Shown: positions 18,342 to 28,531 of the stretch, one piece after another
How the letters are laid out: each line of letters begins with the position of its first letter
Numbering within the stretch: the stretch's first letter is position 1
DNA from: Pirellulales bacterium
GTDB lineage: Bacteria > Planctomycetota > Planctomycetia > Pirellulales > UBA1268
DNA length: 64,000 nt
Reading direction: 5' to 3'
Assembly (NCBI GenBank): GCA_044342075.1
Contig: JBIIQM010000003.1
Span: 4,736-68,735, forward strand
Made by a program: the position numbers and the translations under genes
Notes under the pieces: generated by a model
Told to the model about the DNA's origin: nothing
The model's input: the letters and a program-made list of their open reading frames with translations, nothing else
Database searches by the model: none

Positions 18342-20602
18342 CGGCGCTGGCCCTCTTCGGCATCTCCCGACTCCGGCTCGACGACGACCTGCGGTCGCTC
18401 CTGCGCGACAACGACGCCGAGTTCGCGCTCATCGACGAACTCGCCGAACGCTTCGGCGCCCCCGACCGCGATTGCATCATTCGCGCGACCGTGCCGACCG
18501 GCGACCTCTTCGCGGCCCGTCCACTCGGCGACCTTCGCCGGCTCTGCGACGAGCTCAGCCGGGTGAAGGGCGTCGCCCAGGTGCGATCGATCTTCGACGT
18601 GCGCCGCCAGGGGGCCGCGGGCGCCCTCCTGCCTGTGATCCCCCACTCGTCGGAGGCGCTCGATGCGGAGCAGCTCGCCGCCGCCCGCGGCCGCGCTCTC
18701 GATCATCCGCTCACCGCCGGGCACCTGCTCACGCCCGACGCGGCGTCGTCGCTCGTGCTCGTGCGGCTCACCGCGGAGGCCAACGCCTCGGCCGGTCTGG
18801 GGCCGGCGCTCGCCGGCATCGAGCAGGTGCTCGCCGACGCCCGGCAATCGGGCACGCCGCTCGCGCTCGAGTTCACCGGCCTGCCGGCCCTCCGCCACCA
18901 GGCCACGCAGGCCCTGCGGCGCGACATGCTGGTCTTCAACTCGATGGGGCTGTCGCTCGCGGTCCTGCTCTCGGCGCTCGCCGCCCGAAGCCTGCGCTCG
19001 ACCATCGTGGCGAGCGTGCCGCCGTTCGTGGGCGCCGTCTGGGCGATGGGCATCCTCGGCCTCTGCGGCGCGCCGGTGAACATCCTCACGAGCGTGGTGC
19101 CGTCGCTCGCGCTCGTCGTGGGAACCTGCGACTCGATCCACTTCATCGAAGACATGCGTCGCAGCCGCCGCCGCGGCGTCGACGCCCTCTCCGCCTCGGG
19201 CAGCGCCATGCAGCGGATCGGCGCCGCCTGCGGCCTGACGAGCCTCGTGACGGCGATCGGCTTCGCGTCGCTGGCCTTCGCGCGGATCGAGACGGTGCGG
19301 CTGTTCGGGATCGCGGCGGCCGCCGGCGCCATCGCCAGTTTCCTGGCTGTGACGCTCCTCACGCCCCTCATCGCCTCGACGGCGTTCTGCCGTGGCATGC
19401 ACATCGGCCGGTCGTGGCGGCCGGCCGGCCGGCTCGCCAGCCTGCTCACCGCCTTCTCGGTCCGCCATGCCCGTCCGATCGCGATCGCCGGCGTGGCCGC
19501 CACGGCGGTGCTGGGGTTCGTGAGCCTCGGGCTCGACGCCGACAACCGCGTGGCCGACGCGCTGCCGCGGGGCGCCCCCGCTTCGCGGGCGCTCATGGGA
19601 GTGGACCGCGACTTCGGCGGAGCTTCCGGCATCGATGTCGTCGTGCGGTGGCCGGAGGGAGTCGATTGGCGCGATCCGGCGGTGCTCGACGCGCTCGAGG
19701 CGGTGCACGGCGTGCTCGAACGGGATGGCGGGCTCACGCGGCCAATCTCGCTCGCCACGGTGGCCGCGCCCCTCCCCGACCGCGCCCGCAGCCGGCTCGA
19801 CGCCGATCACTTCCCGGAGATGGTCGATCCCGACGCCCGCATGGCGATCGTGCGAACCCGCGTGGCCGACGCGGGCTCGCGCATGCTCGAGAAGGTCTAC
19901 GATCGGATCGACGCCGGGCTTGCGGGGATCGCCACCGCCCGGCCGGGCTGGGCGTTCGAACTCTCGGGCGTCTCGGTCGTGTCGGCCCGCAACATTCGCC
20001 AGCTCGTGCGCGACTTGGGCTCGAGCCTCACGCTCGAAATCGCCGTCATTGGCACGATCCTCGCGCTGGCCTTCCGCTCGCCGCTGGCGGGCATCGTGAG
20101 CCTGATTCCGAATATCTTTCCGCTCGCCGTGATCGCCTCGATCGTGGTCTTGAGCGGCCGGTCGCTCGACCCGGCCACCGTGATCGTCTTCAACGTCTGC
20201 CTGGGGCTCGCGGTGGACGACACCGTGCATGTGCTCTCCGCCGTGTCGCGACACCGCCAAGAAGGGGTATCGATCTCGACCGCCGTGCGCCGGGCCGTCG
20301 CCGAGACCGGCAACCCCATCATGATCGGCGGCCTCGTGCTCACCGTGGGCTTCGCGGTCGTTCTCGCCAGCAGCGTGCCTTCGCTCGCCGGCTTCGGGCA
20401 GCTGGCCTGCGCGGCGGTGGCCGCCGCGACGATCGCCGAGCTCATCCTCCTGCCGGCCTTGCTCGTGGTGACCGAGGCGATCGTCACTCGGTGGCGGGCC
20501 CGCCCGAATCGGGCCTCCTGGCGCGACGGCATCTTCGGCACCGCGCCGTTCGCCGGGTCCGCGCTCGACCGCACCGGCGAGCCGGCCCGCCACGTGGCCT
20601 GA
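18263..20602 (+). CDS. RND-superfamily / MMPL-type membrane transporter
   Basis: The reading frame is open from 18086. The protein has two 6-TM bundles with large loops, typical of MMPL/HpnN-like exporters. The first TM helix (APALGLAAVLTALALFGISRL) has no upstream ATG. Candidate starts are GTG 18239, TTG 18254 and TTG 18263, and all lie inside the 3' end of the SET gene. Confidence 0.65.
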   Translation: MDRGPRGTPPAAGRWRAPALGLAAVLTALALFGISRLRLDDDLRSLLRDNDAEFALIDELAERFGAPDRDCIIRATVPTGDLFAARPLGDLRRLCDELSRVKGVAQVRSIFDVRRQGAAGALLPVIPHSSEALDAEQLAAARGRALDHPLTAGHLLTPDAASSLVLVRLTAEANASAGLGPALAGIEQVLADARQSGTPLALEFTGLPALRHQATQALRRDMLVFNSMGLSLAVLLSALAARSLRSTIVASVPPFVGAVWAMGILGLCGAPVNILTSVVPSLALVVGTCDSIHFIEDMRRSRRRGVDALSASGSAMQRIGAACGLTSLVTAIGFASLAFARIETVRLFGIAAAAGAIASFLAVTLLTPLIASTAFCRGMHIGRSWRPAGRLASLLTAFSVRHARPIAIAGVAATAVLGFVSLGLDADNRVADALPRGAPASRALMGVDRDFGGASGIDVVVRWPEGVDWRDPAVLDALEAVHGVLERDGGLTRPISLATVAAPLPDRARSRLDADHFPEMVDPDARMAIVRTRVADAGSRMLEKVYDRIDAGLAGIATARPGWAFELSGVSVVSARNIRQLVRDLGSSLTLEIAVIGTILALAFRSPLAGIVSLIPNIFPLAVIASIVVLSGRSLDPATVIVFNVCLGLAVDDTVHVLSAVSRHRQEGVSISTAVRRAVAETGNPIMIGGLVLTVGFAVVLASSVPSLAGFGQLACAAVAAATIAELILLPALLVVTEAIVTRWRARPNRASWRDGIFGTAPFAGSALDRTGEPARHVA

Positions 20603-20726
20603 CAGTGGCCTTCAGCCTGTCAAAGTAGGGTAGGCTTCAGCCTGCCTCCGATTTACCGCTTGTGAAACAAGCGGTCTACGACGGCAGGCTGAAGCCGATT
20701 TCGTGGCAGGCTGAAGCCTACCCTAC
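20601..20726. repeat. Composite REP cluster between convergent genes
   Basis: There is a degenerate copy, GACAGTGGCCTTCAGCCTGTC, at 20601-20621. GTAGGGTAGGCTTCAGCCTGCC lies at 20625-20646. The hairpin CCGCTTGTGAAACAAGCGG+TCTAC lies at 20655-20679. A partial GGCAGGCTGAAGCC follows. The perfect inverted partner GGCAGGCTGAAGCCTACCCTAC lies at 20705-20726. Confidence 0.9.
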
Positions 20727-22330
20727 TGCGCGGTGGCGGCCACCACGGCGGCGAGCGTCTCGACGGTGCGCACGATCTGTTCCTCGGTGTGCTCCGCCGT
20801 CAGGAAGAACCGCACCCGGGCCGCCGACTCGCGGACGGCCGGATAGAGGATCGGGCGCGCGTTGATGCCCCGCTCGAGCAGCATCTGCGAGACGAGAATC
20901 GCCCGCGAGGAGCTGCCGAGGATGATCGGGATCACGGGGGTGTCGGCGCTCGTGCCGGTGTCGAGATTGCAGTCGTTGGCGAGCTTGAGGAAAAGCTCCG
21001 ACCGCTCGCGCAGCCGCGCCACCCGCCATGGCTCACGCTGGATCACCCGCAGCCCCTCGAGCGCCGCAGCGGCGTTCGGCGGCGAACAGGCGGTCGAAAA
21101 GACAAAGGCCGGCGTCGTGTAGCCGAGGTAGCGGATCAGCCGGTCGCGACCGGCGAGATAGCCGCCGCCGGCACCGAGCGCCTTGCTGATCGTGCCCATC
21201 CAGAGGTCGCCGTCGGAGGGATCGACGCCGAAGAAGTCGCAGATGCCGCGGCCACCCGGGCCCATCGTGCCGAGCGAGTGGGCCTCGTCCACGTAGAGCA
21301 AGGCGTCGTGCCGCTTCTTCACCTCGATGAATCGCGGCAGGTCGGGGTAGTCACCGTCCATGCTGTAGACGCCCTCGATCGCCACCACGACGCGGCGATA
21401 CTGCGACCGCAGGTCGCGGAGCAAGCCGTCGAGCTGCTCGTGGTCGTTGTGGCGGAACGAGCGCCGGCCCGCCTTGGAGGCGTTGGCCCCCTGCATGATG
21501 CTGTTGTGGGCGAGCTCGTCATACAGGATGAGATCGCCCTCGCCGAAGAGGTGGTTGAAGACGGAGGCATTGGTGCCGTATCCGCAGGGGAAGACGACGG
21601 CCCGCTCCGTGCCGAGAAACCGGGCGAGCTCCGAGTCGAGTTCGTCGAGGATCGTGTTGTTGCCGCCGACCATCCGGCTGGCGGAGGCACTGCAGCCGAA
21701 GCGATCGATCGCCGCCTTGGCGGCCCGCGTGACGTCGGGATGCCCGGCGAGGCCGAGGTAATCGAAGCTCGTGAAGCTGATGACGTCGCGGCCTTCGATG
21801 CGGGCGACACGCTGCTCAACCCGCTCGTTGGCCATGAGAAACGGATTGGCGAGGCCAGCCTGTTCGAGGCCGCGCAGCCGCTCCTCGAGTGCGACGCACT
21901 CCGGAAATACCTGCTCCTCGTCGGCCGTCGGAACTGGAGCGGCTCTTCCGGCCGGCGTGCCGCGCGAGGCCGGCGCAGCGGGCAGGCGGGAGGCCACGGG
22001 CGGCACGCGGTCCACGTCGTCGAACATGTGATCGGCGATGCATTCGACGAGATCGCCGCAGGTGTGGACGCGATCGAGCCATTGCTCGGCAAACCGCATC
22101 TGGTAGCGGCCCTCGATCCGGTTGACGGCGTCGAGGAAGCGAATCGGCCCCACGCCCGCCTCGGCGAGCGTCATGCCGGGCGTCAGGGGCCTCCGGTGCG
22201 CCGGCGACTGCACCCGCGCGAGCTCCTCGAGCACGACCCGCGTGATCGCGGAACGGGAAGACGCCTTCGGCTCGTTACGAGCTGTGCCGGCGAACTGGGA
22301 AACGGACGAATAAGCAGTCGAGCTTGCCAC
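20723..22330 (-). CDS. Alpha-oxoamine synthase family PLP enzyme (BioF/KBL/serine-palmitoyltransferase-like) with N-terminal carrier-protein-like extension
   Basis: I trim the track ORF to GTG 22330, which is preceded by GAAGGAG and a 9-nt spacer. The core carries the PLP lysine motif GTISKALG, YVDEAHSLG and SFDYLGL. The first ~110 aa resemble a four-helix acyl carrier domain (LTPGMTLAEAGVGPIRFLDAVNRIE). Confidence 0.75.
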   Translation of the reverse strand: MASSTAYSSVSQFAGTARNEPKASSRSAITRVVLEELARVQSPAHRRPLTPGMTLAEAGVGPIRFLDAVNRIEGRYQMRFAEQWLDRVHTCGDLVECIADHMFDDVDRVPPVASRLPAAPASRGTPAGRAAPVPTADEEQVFPECVALEERLRGLEQAGLANPFLMANERVEQRVARIEGRDVISFTSFDYLGLAGHPDVTRAAKAAIDRFGCSASASRMVGGNNTILDELDSELARFLGTERAVVFPCGYGTNASVFNHLFGEGDLILYDELAHNSIMQGANASKAGRRSFRHNDHEQLDGLLRDLRSQYRRVVVAIEGVYSMDGDYPDLPRFIEVKKRHDALLYVDEAHSLGTMGPGGRGICDFFGVDPSDGDLWMGTISKALGAGGGYLAGRDRLIRYLGYTTPAFVFSTACSPPNAAAALEGLRVIQREPWRVARLRERSELFLKLANDCNLDTGTSADTPVIPIILGSSSRAILVSQMLLERGINARPILYPAVRESAARVRFFLTAEHTEEQIVRTVETLAAVVAATAQ

Positions 22331-22525
22331 GAAAAACGGCTCCTTCGTGGGCGACTCCCGCCGGGAGCCGCACACTCGAACGACATCGGCCCGCATTCCC
22401 GGGGCCGCTTCGGCCGCCGATACACTCGACGGAGGACCAATAACTTAAAAGATCAGGGCCACGACGAACAGCGCCCCGCCGAACTCCGCTGCGCGAAACG
22501 CTTTAGCACCGCCGCGGATTTCCCG

Positions 22526-22556
22526 CGAAAAACCGCACGCTGCCAAAACGTGCGGC
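22526..22556 (-). terminator. Intrinsic terminator downstream of acnA
   Basis: The minus strand reads CCGCACG-TTTTGGCAG-CGTGCGG followed by TTTTTCG. It lies about 45 nt after the acnA stop. Confidence 0.6.
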
Positions 22557-22598
22557 CTCGCGAAGACGTGCCGGAGGAAGCGATGGAGACGGTTGCGG

Positions 22599-25316
<2,718 letters not shown>

Positions 25317-25498
25317 CGTGGTGCGAAGCCTTTCTTGTTTTGGCGTGCGGGAATTCAGGCGAACGGGGGTAGCCTACCGAAATCGCCACGACCGGCCACG
25401 CCCACGTGTCCAGCGGCGGGATGATCGGGGGTAAAAGCGTGCAAAAACCGCGTATTGCCGGGGAAATCACCGGCGGGCAAAAAATCGGCAAACAAGAT

Positions 25499-25527
25499 TC
25501 GACACGGCGCGACTTGGCGTGTATCTT
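25499..25527 (+). promoter_or_regulatory. Candidate sigma-70-like promoter of an intergenic transcript
   Basis: The plus strand reads TCGACA, a 17-nt spacer, then TATCTT. No CDS lies downstream before a strong terminator. Confidence 0.35.
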
Positions 25528-25533
25528 TGGGGT

Positions 25534-25673
25534 GTCCGAGACGGCTGTGCCCAACGGACCCAACAAAACAACAACGATCTCTTCAGCGGCTGTTCCCCCC
25601 CCCCAAAGACCCACACCTCGATAGCCGCTACTCGGGCCCGTGGTTTCCCCAACCACGGGCCCTTTTCTTTTTT
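25534..25673 (+). ncRNA. Candidate small RNA (~140 nt) with a C-rich loop
   Basis: It is bounded by the candidate promoter and a strong intrinsic terminator. A 5' hairpin forms from GTCCG/CGGAC. A CA-rich single-stranded stretch follows (CCAACAAAACAACAAC). A second hairpin (AGCGGCT/AGCCGCT) has a 31-nt loop that contains C10 at 25595-25604. I recognise no RNA family. Confidence 0.35.
25634..25673 (+). terminator. Strong intrinsic terminator
   Basis: The sequence is GGGCCCGTGG-TTTCCCCAA-CCACGGGCCC followed by TTTTCTTTTTT. This is a 10-bp GC stem followed by a long U tract. Confidence 0.8.
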
Positions 25674-25762
25674 CACGCGAAACACGAGCATCCTGCTCGT
25701 TTTCGCTTGGCCGGCATCCGCCGGCTGGTGCGAACCCGGCCCTCCGGGCCTGGCGCGGGTCA

Positions 25763-25808
25763 GTAGGACAGGCTTCAGCCTGTCTAGAAGTCCATGCTTC
25801 AGCCTGTC
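25763..25808. repeat. REP copy plus partial copy
   Basis: GTAGGACAGGCTTCAGCCTGTC lies at 25763-25784. A half copy, GCTTCAGCCTGTC, lies at 25796-25808. Confidence 0.85.
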
Positions 25809-25834
25809 GCGAAAAGCGCGACTGTTTGTTTTTT
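25806..25834 (+). terminator. Terminator-like hairpin with U tract
   Basis: The sequence is GTCGCG-AAAAG-CGCGAC followed by TGTTTGTTTTTT. Confidence 0.45.
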
Positions 25835-25976
25835 ATGTACCCCTTGCGAGGCATCACCCCCTCGTTATGCTGGCACGCTCCTCGAGGGAATCTCTTTCGC
25901 ATCGGCGAAGAGCCCTCGGACAATTCGCCCGCAGGACTCAGGACGTTCGTTGAAGGCAGGCAGACAGGGACTCGCC

Positions 25977-27797
25977 ATGGAAAGGCCTGTCCCCGCAGGG
26001 CAAGGATGGGTTCGGTCTCTCTTCCAGTGGGCTCTCGCAGCGTCTTGCCTGGCATTCTCCGCTAGCCCTGCCCCGGCCGACCTGCTCACGCTGAGCGGCA
26101 CGAGCTACGTCCAGTCATTCGATTCCCTGGGAACGGGTAGCGGCTCGGCAGCGCTGCCCCTGGGCTGGGACGTGCGCACCGCAGCGACCGGCGCCGCGAT
26201 CGGCACGATCGCCCCGAGCGTCGTCAAGCAGACGTGGGGCGATAACGCTAAGGGGTTCATCAACACGGCATCGGCCACTGGACTGTCTAGCGGTGCCTCC
26301 ACTGAAGCGCAGGGAGCCTCCACAAACCGCGCCCTCGGCGTGCGGACTGCCAGCGACTTTGGCGATCCCGGCGCGGCATTCAACTTCAACTTCGACTCGA
26401 CCGGCCTCACACTCACGGCCGGCTCGATCGACCTGATGATGCTGAGCGTCCAGCCCCGCTCGGTCACCTGGTCGCTCCAATACGGCCTGGGCACGGCGCC
26501 CACGGCGTTCACCACGATCGCCACCTGGTCTGACCCGGGCGCCTGGGGCACGACGCCCATCACGTTCTCAACCGCGGCGCTCACGGCGATGTCGAACCAG
26601 CCGAGCGTATGGTTTCGCGCCGCAGCCCTGTCGGCGTCCACAAGCACAAACGCCCGCGACACGATCGCGATCGACAACTTCCAGATCGCCTACGTGCCGG
26701 AGCCATCCGCCTGCGTCTCCGGGCTCGCCGGCGCCGCCTGCTCCGTCTTCGTGCTTGCCCGACGGCGGCCACGCCGGGCCACACGCCGCGGATTCACGCT
26801 CACGGAATTGCTCGTCACCATCGCCATCGTCAGCCTGCTCGTGGGCCTCTTGCTGCCGGCCGTGCAGTCGGCACGGGAAACGGCGCGGCGGAGCCACTGC
26901 CAAAACAATCTGAAGCAGATCGCGATCGGCGTGCTCGGCTACGAAAATGCCAACAGCCGGTTCCCGCCGGCTGCGATCGTCAGCGAGGGATCCAACACCG
27001 CCACCTGCAACGGCTGCTGGAACCCGTGGGCCGAGGCGCAGCTCACATCGTTTTCGCCCGCCGGCAGCAAGCATGGCACGAGCTGGGTCCTCGAGACGCT
27101 CCCCTTCCTCGACGAGACGGCGCTCTTCAATTCCTGGGACAGGCAGACCAACGTGCTCGGCAACGCCTCGATCGCGCAGGCCGACATTCGCCTGCTCTAC
27201 TGCCCGACCCGGCGGTCCGGCATCCGCACCGGGCAAAACGATCACCGCAATCTCGTCTCCACCTCTTGGCGGGGCGGAGGCACCGACTACGGCGGCTGCT
27301 ACGGCCGGCTCGACGGCTTCCTCAACACCACGTCCGACGACCATCGCTTTGCCGACCGCGGCACCCCGATCCCCGGCTCCGTCGGCAGACGCGACAGCGT
27401 GTTCCTGCCGAACCTGGGCGTGGCCGCCGGAGCGATTCGCGACGGCCTGTCAAACACGATCATGCTCGGCGAGATGCAGCGGCTGCGGCCGATCTCCGGG
27501 GCCACGAGCGCCGCCCACACCTACAACCGCACGAGCCACGATGGCTGGGCCGCCGGCGGCGTCGCGACGCTCTTCACCACCGCCACCGATCCCTCGCACT
27601 CGAATCCCGGTGGCATGAACAATCTCTTCTTCGAATCACCGGGCAGCGACCATCCAGGCGGCGCGTCGTTTGCGATGGCCGACGGCTCCGTCCACTGGCT
27701 CGACGAATTCGTCGATGCCAAAGACAACAACGCCGTCTTCCCGCTGCTCGGTTCCATGCGCGACGGGCAGTCTGCGTCGCTCGCCATGTCGCCATGA
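25977..27797 (+). CDS. In-frame fusion of a PEP-CTERM-anchored domain and a prepilin-type DUF1559 (H-X9-DG) protein
   Basis: I trim the track ORF to ATG 25977, giving MERPVPAGQGWVRSLFQWALAASCLAFSASPAPA, a signal peptide. Residues ~1-260 end in YVPEPSACVSGLAGAACSVFVLARRRPRR (PEP-CTERM). This runs straight into ATRRGFTLTELLVTIAIVSLLVGLLLPAVQSARE (type IV pilin-like N-terminus). The C-terminus carries HPGGASFAMADG (H-X9-DG). There is no in-frame stop between the two modules. An internal GTG at 26751 is a possible separate start. Confidence 0.7.
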   Translation: MERPVPAGQGWVRSLFQWALAASCLAFSASPAPADLLTLSGTSYVQSFDSLGTGSGSAALPLGWDVRTAATGAAIGTIAPSVVKQTWGDNAKGFINTASATGLSSGASTEAQGASTNRALGVRTASDFGDPGAAFNFNFDSTGLTLTAGSIDLMMLSVQPRSVTWSLQYGLGTAPTAFTTIATWSDPGAWGTTPITFSTAALTAMSNQPSVWFRAAALSASTSTNARDTIAIDNFQIAYVPEPSACVSGLAGAACSVFVLARRRPRRATRRGFTLTELLVTIAIVSLLVGLLLPAVQSARETARRSHCQNNLKQIAIGVLGYENANSRFPPAAIVSEGSNTATCNGCWNPWAEAQLTSFSPAGSKHGTSWVLETLPFLDETALFNSWDRQTNVLGNASIAQADIRLLYCPTRRSGIRTGQNDHRNLVSTSWRGGGTDYGGCYGRLDGFLNTTSDDHRFADRGTPIPGSVGRRDSVFLPNLGVAAGAIRDGLSNTIMLGEMQRLRPISGATSAAHTYNRTSHDGWAAGGVATLFTTATDPSHSNPGGMNNLFFESPGSDHPGGASFAMADGSVHWLDEFVDAKDNNAVFPLLGSMRDGQSASLAMSP

Positions 27798-28204
27798 TCG
27801 CCGCCATGCCCTGCCCACCGGCCCTGCGAAGTTTTCTCGCCTCGGCCTTGCTGCTTGCCGCGCTTGCCGGCTGCACCCGATCGAATCGGCCGCCACTCGG
27901 CACGGTGACCGGCACCGTCACCCTCGACGGCCGTCCGCTCGCCGCCGCCGCCGTGCACTTCACGCCCAGCGGCCCCGGTCGCACGTCGCTCGGCTCCACC
28001 GACGCCGCCGGCGAATACCGCCTTCGTTATCTCCGCGACATCGAAGGGGCGAACCTCGGCCGGCACACCGTGCGGATCATGACGGCGACGGAGGAGAACG
28101 GCGGCCGCGAAATCCTGCCGCCCCGGTATCACTCCGCCACCGTGCTCGAGGCCACGGTCCAGCCCGGAACCAACCGGATCGACTTCTCTCTCCAGTCCCG
28201 ATAG
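27794..28204 (+). CDS. Small lipoprotein with carboxypeptidase-regulatory-like beta-sandwich, the usual DUF1559 partner
   Basis: This is the last 136 codons of track ORF 26609..28204. ATG 27794 overlaps the upstream stop (ATGA). A lipobox is present (LLAALAGC). The body reads GTVTLDGRPLAAAAVHF...STDAAGEYRL. Confidence 0.7.
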   Translation: MIAAMPCPPALRSFLASALLLAALAGCTRSNRPPLGTVTGTVTLDGRPLAAAAVHFTPSGPGRTSLGSTDAAGEYRLRYLRDIEGANLGRHTVRIMTATEENGGREILPPRYHSATVLEATVQPGTNRIDFSLQSR

Positions 28205-28531
28205 GCCACCGCGTAGACCGCTCACCCGGGCGGCAGAAGTCGGTCGCTGCGCGACTCCTTCGGATTGTCGCGGTGGCCCTCGAGGACTCGGTCCAAAGGC
28301 TCCTCGAGCTTCCGCCGACCCGGGCTCGCTCGTCTTTCGCTTGGCCTCCCTGCGCCTTGAGAATCCCTCTCCGCGTCGTTTCATTTTGCCAGCCCCCCCC
28401 TGGCTGCTGGCAGTCTCGCGAATCTCGGGGTGCGATCTCGCCGCCCCGCCCAGTCGCTTTTGTCGGCAATCGCATCGCTCCGATAGCAGAACGTGGAGCG
28501 AGCGATAAGAGACTGACGGGGAGTCGGCGGC

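Noticed and set aside
25317-25976. The long intergenic region could hold a known housekeeping RNA (tmRNA, RNase P RNA, SRP RNA or 6S RNA).
   Set aside because: I find no tRNA-like acceptor/T-arm end or resume-codon tag frame (tmRNA). I find no GNRA-tetraloop SRP domain IV motif, no P4 pseudoknot consensus (RNase P), and no long interrupted hairpin of ~180 nt (6S). It is kept only as an unclassified sRNA candidate.
26609-28204. Track ORF 26609-28204 (531 aa) could be read as one gene. Similar long 5' extensions of track ORFs occur at 8907-13046, 32261-33757, 33553-34818, 34413-36170, 35183-36928, 41609-43114 and 45419-47440.
   Set aside because: In each case only the 3' part has a sensible signal peptide or family motifs, and the start sits at an ATG or GTG that overlaps the upstream stop. 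The 5' parts overlap other well-supported genes or repeat DNA. Coordinates were trimmed accordingly.
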